A stretch of 64,000 nt of DNA, taken from assembly GCA_963783885.1 (NCBI GenBank), contig CAWAPJ010000012.1:31781-95780 (forward strand). The letters run 5' to 3'. The position numbers and the translations under genes are program-made. Each line of letters begins with the position of its first letter. Position 1 is the stretch's first letter. This stretch comes from Waddliaceae bacterium. GTDB lineage: Bacteria; Chlamydiota; Chlamydiia; Chlamydiales; SLFE01. The notes beneath the pieces were generated by a model. It searched no databases and was not told where the DNA came from. It worked only from the letters and a program-made list of their open reading frames with translations. Shown piece by piece: positions 1 through 9,754 of this stretch.

Positions 1-1122
1 TAAGCAGGAAAGGCTTCCTCGCCGGGGATCTCTTCGAGACGGCCGGAAATTTCTCTGAGAGCTTGAGCCCATCGCGATGTCGAGTCGGCAAGCAGCAGGA
101 CGTCCAGCCCCATTTGGCGATAATATTCAGCCATTGTCATCCCCATGTAAATCGACGATTCGCGCGCGGCAACAGGCATTGAGGAGGTATTGCAGATGAT
201 CGACGTTCTTTTCATCAGCGAGTCACCGGTGTGAGGGTCTTCGAGGTGCGGGAACTCTCTCAAGAGCTTCGACGACCTCGCCGGCCCGTTCGCCGCAAGC
301 GACCACGATGACGATATCGACCGCGGAATATTTCGATAAGTGGTGCTGCAAAACGGTTTTGCCTGCGCCGAAGGGGCCGGGAGTGCAAAACGTTCCCCCC
401 TTCATGATGGGAAACTGGGTATCAATGATGCGCAAACCAGTCTCGAGCATTCGGGAAGGAGAAATTTTTTCTCCTTGAAACAGACCGGTTTTTACCGGCC
501 ATTTTTGAACCATTGTAAATTCGTGGGAATGCCCTTCTTCATCTTCTGCTTTCGCGACAACAGTGTCGATTGTATACGAGCCGGGCTCGATGACCCAGGT
601 AATTTTGTATTTTCCATACAGGGTAAACGGAACCATAATATGATGATGAAAGCGATTTTCGAGTGTCGTTCCCAGTGTATCTCCCCGCCGCATCTGGTCC
701 CCCACTTTAGCAACAGGCTCGAAATCCCACCGCCGCCCCCTGTCAAGCGGAGACAGGTATAGGCCCCGGGGAAGGAACAACCCTGCCTCCTTAGCTACTT
801 CTTCCAGGGGATTTTGCAATCCGTCAAAAACTTCGGACAAAAGTCCCGGACCGAGTTCAGCTTCGAGCAAAAGTCCGGTAAATTCGACTTTTGTCCCCAG
901 TCTGACATCGCTCGTATCTTCGTAAACCTGGATTTTGGCTTCATTTCCGACAATTTCGATCACTTCCGATTTGAGGCGGAGGCCGTCGACATCGACCATA
1001 GCCACTTCACCCTGACGGATATCGCCGTCATACCTCACTTGAAGGAGGTTTCCGAATGCCCGGATGACCGAACCTGTAGCGTGGGACCCGGGGATTTTTT
1101 CGCTGGCAACAGTTGCGCTCAT
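1..1122 (-). CDS. atpA: V/A-type ATP synthase subunit A; runs off the window edge; one-base frameshift near 255-268
   Basis: Walker [10 protein letters not shown] and CGERAGE. After the shift the other frame continues [34 protein letters not shown]...[29 protein letters not shown] to base 1. Confidence 0.95.
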
Positions 1123-1913
1123 GATGCTTCCCTTACTATACTATCTAGAATTTTTAAACCTTTTTGCTTATCGAGCTCGAGCCATTTTTCCGCAATGATG
1201 AGCTGGATCATATAACCGTTGATGCGGTCAATCGAGAACATATCGACACCGAGCATTCCCTCAATTGTCTCAAATTGCAATTCCGCAAGAACGCGATAAA
1301 GCTGAGTGGGATTTTCGGCGTTAGCTTCATACAAGACCTTAAAATGTTCATAGCGCGAAGGAGGTTCATAGGTTTTGGAATCTTTTTGCGCGATAATGTG
1401 GGAAACCATCTCGTCGTTTGGGTCTTCAAACTGAAATTCCTTCATAATATCGCGATTTAAGCGTTTGGTCCTCAAAGCGGCAAAAACGAGCCTTAAGTCT
1501 CTTTCAAAAGTGAGATAGTGTTTGACAAATCCGCTTGAGCCCGCGATTTCATTAGAAAAATAATCGGCCATTAATTGCGGATAATTCTTCAATCTATCTT
1601 CCCTTTCATCATAGCGTTCGGCGAAGTCGTAAACATAATCGGGTATGCCTATTCCCGAAACGACAGCTTCCTCCAACTCGCCCTGATTCAAATTGCCATA
1701 CTGATCGAGTTCCTGGTTCATCCAAAGAAATCGCAAGTTTTGAATGTCGTAAAACCGTCTCAGGGTTTCATTCGACTTTTTGTCGAACGGATGCAAATTG
1801 GCGCGCAATAAAAAATTAAACTCATAAAATGATAGTTCTAGAGGATCGCCCAGACGTATGGAAGGCAAAGAAGAGGCCAAAAAGTAATAATCAGCTAAAA
1901 CGTTCGTATTCAT
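1119..1913 (-). CDS. DUF2764 family V-ATPase-associated protein
   Basis: YYFLASSLP N-terminus; lies between subunits E and A as in Chlamydia. Confidence 0.85.
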   Translation of the reverse strand: MNTNVLADYYFLASSLPSIRLGDPLELSFYEFNFLLRANLHPFDKKSNETLRRFYDIQNLRFLWMNQELDQYGNLNQGELEEAVVSGIGIPDYVYDFAERYDEREDRLKNYPQLMADYFSNEIAGSSGFVKHYLTFERDLRLVFAALRTKRLNRDIMKEFQFEDPNDEMVSHIIAQKDSKTYEPPSRYEHFKVLYEANAENPTQLYRVLAELQFETIEGMLGVDMFSIDRINGYMIQLIIAEKWLELDKQKGLKILDSIVREAS

Positions 1914-1922
1914 ACGGCTCTT

Positions 1923-2552
1923 TTAAGCTTGGAAAATCAATTCTCTAAAATCTTTCCGAACATAGTTGGCAAGAAGCTCCTTCAACACTTGATCGGAAAT
2001 ATCAAGCGTCAATTTCTTGTCGGCCAACTTGACCTTGGCGCCGGCGGCAAAAGAACCCAACTCTACGCTGTTTGCGGCGAGTTTTTTGAGTATCCTTTCG
2101 CCAAGAAAACGGTTGACTTCATCCACCGAGACGCTTTGCGGAATGATTGCGGACAGCTCGGCCGACATGCCTTCGGCTTCAAGCCCCTTCACAATCGCCT
2201 GGATAACTTTTCCTACTATCTCGGGAGACGAGCCTGACTGCCGAATCACAGAATCCAGCTCGGAATCAAAGAGTTTGTTTTGTATGCGCTGCTTGAGCGC
2301 CTCAAAACACTGGGCAGCAGCCTGCTGGAGGGCAGATTGAAAAACAGCCCGTTCCTTTTCCAATTTTTCATGTGTCTGCTGAACCAGTTCTTTAGCCTGA
2401 TCTTCGCCTTTTTCAATAATCTGCTGGGCCTCCCTTCGAGCCTTTTCGACGATTTCCGCAGCTTCTTGCTTTGCCGGCTCCAAAGTTTCGACTTTGAGCA
2501 TGTCGCAGATTTGTTGAATCTTGTCCTCGCCTGTTTCTAATTGCTTAGTCAT
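1923..2552 (-). CDS. atpE: V-type ATP synthase subunit E
   Basis: Coiled-coil KIQQICDMLKVETLEPAKQEA; first gene of the V-ATPase operon. Confidence 0.9.
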   Translation of the reverse strand: MTKQLETGEDKIQQICDMLKVETLEPAKQEAAEIVEKARREAQQIIEKGEDQAKELVQQTHEKLEKERAVFQSALQQAAAQCFEALKQRIQNKLFDSELDSVIRQSGSSPEIVGKVIQAIVKGLEAEGMSAELSAIIPQSVSVDEVNRFLGERILKKLAANSVELGSFAAGAKVKLADKKLTLDISDQVLKELLANYVRKDFRELIFQA

Positions 2553-2643
2553 AAGCCCACGCTTTATTGCTTAAGTTCTATAACAAATGTAGTAGGATAA
2601 GGATAATAAATCAATAGCTTTTCCAAAATCACCCCCCTGTGAT

Positions 2644-3462
2644 ATGTTCAATAGCGAAATGCGTAAATACTTTTTCCTACAAAAATTGATTGCTTATTCG
2701 TTGATTGTCCCCTCCTTCTCACTGGCCGAAGAGCAGGTAAGAGATTTCAGCAGCTATTACACTTCGGGAGTTGATGAGCCGGGTTCTCTTTTAATGACTC
2801 CTCCTAAGGGATGGCAGGCTGCCGACCCCTCTTCACTGCCGCAAAAAGTTAAGTTTATGATCGTCGGCAAAGGAAAAGGCCCCTATCCCCCTTCCATTAA
2901 TTTAGGCTCGGAACCCTTTAAAGGGACATTAAAAGACTACTTGAGCATGGTAAAGCAGGTCAACGAGTCTTTGGGCGCTGAATGGAAAGATTTGGGAAAG
3001 ATTAAGACAAAAGCCGGGCAAGCAAGCTTATCCCAGGTCGATATGAATACCGAATGGGGGGCTGTCCGCCTGATGCATGTCATTTTGATTAAAAATCGAA
3101 CGGTTTTTGTCATTACCGCAGGAGCCCTCAAAAATGAATATCACCTATATTACAAAGACTTTTTCGAGGCTATGAAGTCGATTCGCTTTAATCCAGATGT
3201 TTTTGAGCTGGTTGACGATTCAAAGAAGCAGCAAAAACTTAAGAAGGCGTATGATCGGCTGATCTGCAGTCATGAAGAGCTGAAAACAAAACAAGAAAAA
3301 GTTTTCAATGGTCTGACCGTTTTTGAAAGCCAAGATTTTCAGCACGATTTCTGGCAGCCCTTTTTAGAAATGATCAACACTGAATATCAAGATCTGGGTG
3401 AAAAATGGCGGGAAAACACGGTACAAAAATTTAAAAACGACTTAACAGCCGATTATGAATAA
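2644..3462 (+). CDS. Conserved chlamydial exported hypothetical (CT311-like position, possible PsbP/DcrB-like fold)
   Basis: 272-aa ORF with a signal-like N-terminus, divergent from atpE. Confidence 0.65.
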   Translation: MFNSEMRKYFFLQKLIAYSLIVPSFSLAEEQVRDFSSYYTSGVDEPGSLLMTPPKGWQAADPSSLPQKVKFMIVGKGKGPYPPSINLGSEPFKGTLKDYLSMVKQVNESLGAEWKDLGKIKTKAGQASLSQVDMNTEWGAVRLMHVILIKNRTVFVITAGALKNEYHLYYKDFFEAMKSIRFNPDVFELVDDSKKQQKLKKAYDRLICSHEELKTKQEKVFNGLTVFESQDFQHDFWQPFLEMINTEYQDLGEKWRENTVQKFKNDLTADYE

Positions 3463-3527
3463 AAACTTTGCACTAAATGCTGGATCGAGTTATTAATTTT
3501 ATAGTTCAAATTGTATGGAGGAGGCTC

Positions 3528-3767
3528 ATGACTTTGCTAAAGACTAAATTCATCGCTTTACTGACTGCTGTTGCAATGCTATTTTCAACTACGGGAACAC
3601 TTGGCGCTGCTGATTACACCTATTGCGGCGGAAGAGGGTATTGCGATTACCGAACTGCCCCTAACCTTGCCCCGGGAATCGCTCTTGGCATCATCGCTCT
3701 TGCGGCTATTATTGCCGTTGCTGTTCAAAACTCCAGCAGTCAGCATGGCCACTGCCATAGCAGCTAA
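3528..3767 (+). CDS. Small exported/membrane protein
   Basis: GGAGG RBS before ATG 3528; signal peptide plus one hydrophobic helix. Confidence 0.65.
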   Translation: MTLLKTKFIALLTAVAMLFSTTGTLGAADYTYCGGRGYCDYRTAPNLAPGIALGIIALAAIIAVAVQNSSSQHGHCHSS

Positions 3768-3778
3768 AAGCCGGCATT

Positions 3779-4234
3779 ATGGCTAATTATCTCGGCAAAA
3801 TGACACCCTTTGTTATTTTGCTGATTTTTTTTCAGAGCTGCGCTTTCGGCGCACATTCTCCGTGGCGTCTTGAAGTCACAGAAACTTGGTGCGCCGACTA
3901 CCGTTCGGCCAGAGTTTTTATTCCACAAAAAACGATGGGCATCGAATGCGTTAAGGGTCCTTCAGGAATGAGGATGTACCTGAATCTCATGATTTGCCCC
4001 GTTGCGGACGAGGGAAAAGCTTCCTTTACATACATGATTAATTCCGCCAAATATCAAGGAGAGGCGTATGTCATGGAAGGAGGGCAAAGACTTCTTATCT
4101 GCGAACAAGATAGGGTCATTTTGACAGAAGCCCTGTTGAATGGAGATAAAGTTCGGGTAATGATCGGCATGTACGACGATCTTTTTGAGGCGGCGAACTT
4201 TCCCCCTTTGTTCGATTTGCTGCAATCGCTTTAA
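3779..4234 (+). CDS. Hypothetical exported protein
   Basis: 151-aa ORF with signal-like N-terminus, 11 nt after the previous gene. Confidence 0.6.
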   Translation: MANYLGKMTPFVILLIFFQSCAFGAHSPWRLEVTETWCADYRSARVFIPQKTMGIECVKGPSGMRMYLNLMICPVADEGKASFTYMINSAKYQGEAYVMEGGQRLLICEQDRVILTEALLNGDKVRVMIGMYDDLFEAANFPPLFDLLQSL

Positions 4235-4826
4235 TTGCCTTCTTCGTGCAGGAAATACTCCAATAATAACCTAAATCCCCAATCTCTTCCAATGTACGGC
4301 TTACCCTGATCGGTCCGAACAAAGTCGTATACACTATGCTTGCGGCTTTCGCAGCTGCAATCCTGGCAACAGTTCCGGAAATTTGAGCGATAGGAAAAGC
4401 GGCAAATGGCGTGATAATCGGAGACAGAAGCATATTCATTCCCACTCCTACCGCAAGCATAGCAACAGAACCGGTAACACCCACCATAAACGGGCGCTGA
4501 TATTGAGGCTTGTCATCAGGCAATTTATCAAAAAACCGATTCAAAGCAATGATAGCCACCCGATGAGCAACATGAGCCAATACAGGCGGAACAAAAATTG
4601 CGGCAGGAAGCGAAAAGGGAGCTAACAAGATAAAACTTCCGCATAAAATTGTGCTGAAAATCGAGCAGGAGATGAGCGTCACCTTCCAGTTCCTCGGGGC
4701 TTGCGCAGTAAATTTAATCGCCCCAATGATTTTTAAACCGATCTTGCCGGCCGCAGCCGAAGTTTTCCGAGAGGCCGGGTAAGGATTCACAAGCTGTGAT
4801 TGATAATTTGCTCTTGCTATTTTCAT
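4116..4826 (-). CDS. Hypothetical membrane protein with bilobed hydrophobic segments (Inc-like)
   Basis: Two long Pro/Gly-broken hydrophobic stretches; AT-rich upstream region. Confidence 0.55.
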   Translation of the reverse strand: MKIARANYQSQLVNPYPASRKTSAAAGKIGLKIIGAIKFTAQAPRNWKVTLISCSIFSTILCGSFILLAPFSLPAAIFVPPVLAHVAHRVAIIALNRFFDKLPDDKPQYQRPFMVGVTGSVAMLAVGVGMNMLLSPIITPFAAFPIAQISGTVARIAAAKAASIVYTTLFGPIRVSRTLEEIGDLGYYWSISCTKKAIKAIAANRTKGESSPPQKDRRTCRSLPELYLHSTGLLSK

Positions 4827-4939
4827 AATTCCTATAAAGCTAGCAAATCAAGATTAATAATTTGTTAAGATCAACCATAAAAATTTTTAAAATCCTAAAA
4901 CATCTTTAACTTTTTCCATGAGAATGGTATGTTCTAAAT

Positions 4940-5389
4940 ATGCAAAAGGGGCATGTACTTCATTTTGACTGTCAAAAATGCAAGAAAAATCTTGATTTTT
5001 CTATTTTTGAGCTCAAACAAACAAATTGCGAAATTTCATGCCCGGAATGCGGACAGGCCTATTCTTTTAAGGATGAAAATCTGATAAGGCAATTGCAAAA
5101 ATTTGAAAAGCTATGCCGGCAAATTATGGATTCGGAAGAAATATTAGGAGATGTCAATGTCGGTATAGACATCGACGGGCTTCAGGTCAAAGTGCCTTAT
5201 AAAATATTGCTGGCCAGGCTGGGATCGACTCTCGACCTTAAAATCGGAAACACCCCCCTCTCTATTGATTTTCGGATGGATCCTTTGGAAGACTTTCCTA
5301 AGATTGCGGCAAATATAGATCACCGCAACGATTTGGAAAACAACCAAAAGTCTGTGAAAATCCCTCTAAAGTTTAAAGTCGAAAGTTAG
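4940..5389 (+). CDS. Conserved chlamydial CxxC zinc-ribbon protein (CT312-like)
   Basis: CQKC...CPECG motifs; adjacent to tal as in Chlamydia. Confidence 0.75.
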   Translation: MQKGHVLHFDCQKCKKNLDFSIFELKQTNCEISCPECGQAYSFKDENLIRQLQKFEKLCRQIMDSEEILGDVNVGIDIDGLQVKVPYKILLARLGSTLDLKIGNTPLSIDFRMDPLEDFPKIAANIDHRNDLENNQKSVKIPLKFKVES

Positions 5390-5418
5390 CGTTCCGCCAA
5401 GTTTAACCGCTGATTGCG

Positions 5419-5686
5419 ACCCTAATCTGCTGTGAGACGCTCTAGAAAGTGATTAGATTTTTTAGATTCTGAGGAAGTCATCTCTTTTGACAGGACTGAC
5501 GAAACAGCGTACATGTATCTTTTCTCAAAAAAGATGGAGGAAAGATATGATTGATGCAGTCACAATGAAGTTTGGAAAGTTTTCGGGCTAAAAGACGATC
5601 GTCAATGTAAGATGTCATCACCGCCGGAAATAGCTTTTACCATCATCTCAGCTAGCAATTAACAAAAAACTTTTCTAGATTAGGGC
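5419..5686 (+). mobile_element. Internally deleted IS982-family relic
   Basis: Ends ACCCTAATCT / AGATTAGGGC; internal peptide GLKDDRQCKMSS..EIAFTIISA resembles GIKDDPQSQMSNAEVITFAILSA of the IS982 transposases in this window. Confidence 0.6.
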
Positions 5687-5703
5687 ATAATCAGGGGTTT
5701 AAA

Positions 5704-6831
5704 TTAGACCCCGACTTTTTGGATTTTTTTCTCCAGAGCATTGATCAAGTCGTCAAAAGGATCGATAAATTTCTGAACTCCTTCGTCGACCAATCTGTCA
5801 GTCACTTGAGTCAAGTCGATATCGAGCTCAGAAAGCTTCGAAAGTATTTTGTTCGATTCATCGACATTCTCAATTATGGTATTGCATTTCACCTTTCCAT
5901 GATCGGCAAAGGCGTCAATCGTCACATCCGGCAGAGTATTGACAGTATGTTTTCCGATAAGCGGCTCGACATACATCACATCGCTGTAGCTTGGATTTTT
6001 CGTGCTGGTGCTGGCCCAAAGAGGCCGCTGGACGCGTGCGCCCTTTTCTGCCAGAACTTCCCATCGAGGGCCTTTGAATATTTCCAGAAAGCTCTGATAA
6101 GCCAACTTGGCATTGGCAATCGCCGTTTTTCCCAAAAGCTCTTTGGCAAGCTTGTCGTTTTCGTCGCCGGCACCCGTAAACCTATGCTGGAGGAGGAGGT
6201 CGGTCAAAACATCAATTCTGCTTAAGAAAAAACTGGCGACGGAAGCGATTTTATCAATCGGCTTGCCGTCTTGAAGCCGGCGCGTTAAAGCGCGAATATA
6301 GGCTTTTGCTACCTCTTCATACCGCTCAACGGAAAAAAGCAGTGTGATATTGATATTGATTCCTTCGTAAAGCATCTGCTCAATCGCGGGAAGACCGGCC
6401 TTTGTCCCGGGTATTTTGATCAGCACATTAGGCCGCCCGACCCGCTTGTAAAGTTCTCGGGCGCTCTCCATAGTCAACTCAGTATTGTGAGCAAAGTGGG
6501 GAGACACTTCCAGGCTGACAAAGCCGTCCAAACCATCTGAGTCGTCATAGACAGGACGAAGCTGGTCGCACGCGTCCTGGATATCTTTTACAACGAGCGC
6601 CCAATAAATTTGATCCACCGACTTTCCTTCTTCAGCAAATTTTTTGATATCGTCATCATAGATTTTACTTTTGGCAATCGCTTCGTGAAAAATAGCCGGA
6701 TTTGACGTTATTCCCCTGAGCCCCTGTTCTTTCACCCTTTTTATCAATTCACCGGAATGAATTTTATCTCTTGAAAGATTGTCAAGCCAATAGCTTTGCC
6801 CGCATTTAATGAGCTCCAATAACGCTTTCAT
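5704..6831 (-). CDS. tal: Transaldolase (long, actinobacterial-type)
   Basis: WLDNLSR, GITSNPAIF, VLIKIP, WASTSTKNP; GGAG RBS before ATG 6831. Confidence 0.95.
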   Translation of the reverse strand: MKALLELIKCGQSYWLDNLSRDKIHSGELIKRVKEQGLRGITSNPAIFHEAIAKSKIYDDDIKKFAEEGKSVDQIYWALVVKDIQDACDQLRPVYDDSDGLDGFVSLEVSPHFAHNTELTMESARELYKRVGRPNVLIKIPGTKAGLPAIEQMLYEGININITLLFSVERYEEVAKAYIRALTRRLQDGKPIDKIASVASFFLSRIDVLTDLLLQHRFTGAGDENDKLAKELLGKTAIANAKLAYQSFLEIFKGPRWEVLAEKGARVQRPLWASTSTKNPSYSDVMYVEPLIGKHTVNTLPDVTIDAFADHGKVKCNTIIENVDESNKILSKLSELDIDLTQVTDRLVDEGVQKFIDPFDDLINALEKKIQKVGV

Positions 6832-6965
6832 GATCTCCTCCTGCCTTTTAACAATATTATGACAGACCTGCCCCTTAATTTTAAACCCGAAGATTTCCGA
6901 TTGCAAAATAATTCCTATTTGTCTTAAAACAAATAATTTGCAATTCCAACTAAAGGAGGCTTTAT

Positions 6966-7322
6966 ATGCAAATAAGTTCTTCATACGGACCATATTATGG
7001 TCCACACTTACCCAGGGCAACAAAAAAAGATATCGAGTCAAGTACAGAGGAAATGATATCTGAAGATGAGTATGTAACTTCGGAGAGCGAAACATCTGAA
7101 TCTGAGTTAGCTGCGACAGAGGAATCTAATGCCGAACTGTCTGAGGAGGAACTTTCGGATACAGAGGAATCTGATGCCGAAGTGCCCCAGATAAAAGAAA
7201 CTGTGCTCAAAAAGAGAGTGAAGCCTGCAAAACCATCAAATATGCCGTGTAAAATTGCAGTGATGGCAGTTGCCACTCTAGCTGTGCTAAGCATGTTTAT
7301 CGCAACCCAAATGGAAAATTGA
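6966..7322 (+). CDS. Acidic low-complexity protein with C-terminal TM helix
   Basis: AAGGAGG RBS; E/S-rich core; terminal hydrophobic helix; followed by a hairpin. Confidence 0.7.
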   Translation: MQISSSYGPYYGPHLPRATKKDIESSTEEMISEDEYVTSESETSESELAATEESNAELSEEELSDTEESDAEVPQIKETVLKKRVKPAKPSNMPCKIAVMAVATLAVLSMFIATQMEN

Positions 7323-7336
7323 TTCTTTGGCAATTT

Positions 7337-7364
7337 AGGCATTTTACCGTTCGGTAAAATGCCT
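7337..7364 (+). terminator. Hairpin / likely intrinsic terminator
   Basis: AGGCATTTTACCG-TT-CGGTAAAATGCCT perfect inverted repeat just after the stop at 7322. Confidence 0.65.
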
Positions 7365-7469
7365 CGTTTCTAAAACACTGGGAAAAAATACTGAAAAATG
7401 CCAAATTAGTGCCAAGAGAATCATAAATAAGGAAGGTCTTTTGGCAACTTTCAAGAGAAGGCGTGGGTA

Positions 7470-8513
7470 ATGCAAGCTCACTCGAAACTGCTGAATTTTA
7501 CCTTAGCTTCAATACTCTTAGGACTCATTTTAGTCTTTCTCTATCAGGGACAATCGCTGCTGATCCCCTTTGTAATCGCGATCGCTATCTGGTATCTCAT
7601 ACTTATGTTTGTCAACGCTCTAAAAGCCATCCCCTATTTGGGCAGATACATTCCCAGGTGGATTTCCTATATTGTCGCCGCGAGCGTAGCGCTGTCCATC
7701 CTCTGGTTTATTTTCAACCTGATTTCAAATAATGTGGCAGAACTGATCACTTTGATTCCAAGCTACCAGCAAAGATTTATTGAAGTCAGAGACGAATTCT
7801 TTCAGTTCATTGGAATCCATAAGCAGCCGGATTTTTCGCAATTTTTTGAAAAGTACAATGCGGTGAATATTATGTCCTCGATTGCCGGAATTATGGCCGA
7901 TCTTGGAAGAAATGTCGGCATCATCTTGATTTACGTCCTTTTCCTTTTGTTGGAATATCACTCGTTCAATTTAAAATTAACCACGCTGATAAAAGACCCT
8001 GAAAAATTGGATTCCCTACAGAATATGATCGAAAAGATTTCCGTGCAAATTCATTCCTATCTTAAAATTAAAACGTTTGTCGGCCTGCTGACTGCGATCT
8101 GCAGTTATTTGATCATGCTGATTATCGGCGTCAACTTTCCCGATTTTTGGGCTCTTTTGATATTTTTGTTCAATTTCATTCCCAATATCGGATCCATCGT
8201 TGCCACGATTTTTCCCTGTTTGTTGACGCTTGTGCAATTTCATAGCTATTACCCGTTTTTCATTGTTCTTGCAGCGCTAAGCACAATTCAATTTCTTTTC
8301 GGCAATGTTTTAGAGCCTCGCCTTTTGGGGAGATCGTTCGGACTCAGCCCCCTGGCAATCATTGTTTCTTTGTCTATCTGGGGGTATCTGTGGGGCATCG
8401 TCGGCATGTTCCTTTGCGTTCCGATTATGGTGATCACCACTATCATATTTGCAAACTTCAAGGCGACCTTGCCTATATCAATTCTTTTGTCTGAGAAAGG
8501 AGAAATCAAATAG
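7470..8513 (+). CDS. AI-2E family transporter
   Basis: Multi-TM protein; FIPNIGS, GNVLEPRLLG, LSPL..W..LWGIVGMFL.VP motifs. Confidence 0.9.
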   Translation: MQAHSKLLNFTLASILLGLILVFLYQGQSLLIPFVIAIAIWYLILMFVNALKAIPYLGRYIPRWISYIVAASVALSILWFIFNLISNNVAELITLIPSYQQRFIEVRDEFFQFIGIHKQPDFSQFFEKYNAVNIMSSIAGIMADLGRNVGIILIYVLFLLLEYHSFNLKLTTLIKDPEKLDSLQNMIEKISVQIHSYLKIKTFVGLLTAICSYLIMLIIGVNFPDFWALLIFLFNFIPNIGSIVATIFPCLLTLVQFHSYYPFFIVLAALSTIQFLFGNVLEPRLLGRSFGLSPLAIIVSLSIWGYLWGIVGMFLCVPIMVITTIIFANFKATLPISILLSEKGEIK

Positions 8514-8516
8514 ACC

Positions 8517-9464
8517 ATGATCCATGTCCTTGTCATCATTTTACTGTATTTAAATTTCATTCAGAACAAAGACATCAATGAAGACTATTTTCACAAAGCC
8601 AAAGGGAGAGGCTATGAGGGTCTCAGCCACCGAGAAGAAGGTTTGTGGCAAGGCCCCTTTTTCTTTATCCAAATGGCCGACTGCCAACTCGGAATGTATG
8701 AAAACAATGTCTCGTGGGATAAAGAAGTAGAAAATATTGAGCGGGCTGCCGAACATATTAATCGGCTTAGACCGAAATTTGTGATTGTTTGCGGCGATTT
8801 GACCCATGCTAAACCCTTCAAGCAGCCCTACCCCCACCAGGTCAGGGATTATAAAAAAGCCATGTCCAAAATATCGCAGGATATCCCTCTGGTGTGCGTC
8901 TGCGGAAATCATGATGTTGGCAATAAGCCGAAAGCAAAAACAATTCAAGCCTATGAAAACAATTTTGGAAGCCACTATTTCTCTTTTTGGGCGGGAGGGA
9001 CCCAATGCTTTGTTCTCAACTCGTCGCTCTACAGCAACCCCTCCAAAGCTTCCGAAGTTTTTGCAGAGCAAAAAAATTGGATCAAAAATGAAATGAGGAA
9101 AACCTCGGGGCTCAAACCGGTGCATCGGTTTGTCTTTACCCATCACCCCTGGTTTTTAAAAGATGCTGAGACTGTTTCTTCCAAGTATTTTGAGATCCCT
9201 CCCGAAAGACGGATGGAAGCTGTCAATCTCTTCCTTGAGCAGGGAGTGACAGCCTGTTTTGCCGGACATTATCACCGCAACAACATTGCCAGCTATAAAG
9301 GGATGGAAATGATCACTACAAATGCCCTGGGAAAACCCTTGGGCAAGGATCCTTCAGGCCTTCGGGTTGTCAGGGTTTATCCTGAAGGAATCAAGCATCA
9401 ATTTTACGGACTCAAAGATATACCCGAGTCCATTCAACTCAATGAGGAGAAAGCCGCCTTATGA
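8517..9464 (+). CDS. Calcineurin-like metallophosphoesterase, CPPED1-like
   Basis: DxQ, GDLTH, GNHD, HHP, GHYH metal motifs. Confidence 0.9.
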   Translation: MIHVLVIILLYLNFIQNKDINEDYFHKAKGRGYEGLSHREEGLWQGPFFFIQMADCQLGMYENNVSWDKEVENIERAAEHINRLRPKFVIVCGDLTHAKPFKQPYPHQVRDYKKAMSKISQDIPLVCVCGNHDVGNKPKAKTIQAYENNFGSHYFSFWAGGTQCFVLNSSLYSNPSKASEVFAEQKNWIKNEMRKTSGLKPVHRFVFTHHPWFLKDAETVSSKYFEIPPERRMEAVNLFLEQGVTACFAGHYHRNNIASYKGMEMITTNALGKPLGKDPSGLRVVRVYPEGIKHQFYGLKDIPESIQLNEEKAAL

Positions 9465-9754
9465 AAAAACTATTATATTGTTTAAGTCTCTTTGTTTTGT
9501 CTGCGGGACCGGTCGAAGGGCTGCTCGCCCCCTTCGAACAAAGCGCCGTTGAAATTAAAAAAATTGTTGATTCCGATGAACTCAGAAATCTTTTGGGACC
9601 ATCCCAACCGATTCAAGGGATCGAAAGAAACGATCAGGGATATATGATCACCTCTTCGGACTACACGCTTCAAGTCGACCTCAATTACCAATATTCCGGA
9701 AGAATAGGGCCTGCCGAATTTCAACTTAAATTCGAAAAACCTGTGAAAAAATGA
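9461..9754 (+). CDS. Small secreted hypothetical protein
   Basis: Signal peptide; ATGA-type overlaps with both neighbours. Confidence 0.75.
   Translation: MKKLLYCLSLFVLSAGPVEGLLAPFEQSAVEIKKIVDSDELRNLLGPSQPIQGIERNDQGYMITSSDYTLQVDLNYQYSGRIGPAEFQLKFEKPVKK

Noticed and set aside
255-268. Programmed frameshift in atpA
   Set aside because: No slippery heptamer or stimulator; matches the window-wide indel pattern.
4854-4868. CtrA regulon interpretation of TTAA-N7-TTAA
   Set aside because: CtrA is alphaproteobacterial and the context is chlamydial; only the motif itself is reported.
6832-7095. N-terminal extension of tal in the ORF track
   Set aside because: Good RBS at ATG 6831; the extension overlaps the divergent gene and has no transaldolase character.
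6995-7342. Ser-rich minus-strand ORF and the many other antisense ORFs
   Set aside because: Shadows of well-supported genes on the opposite strand.
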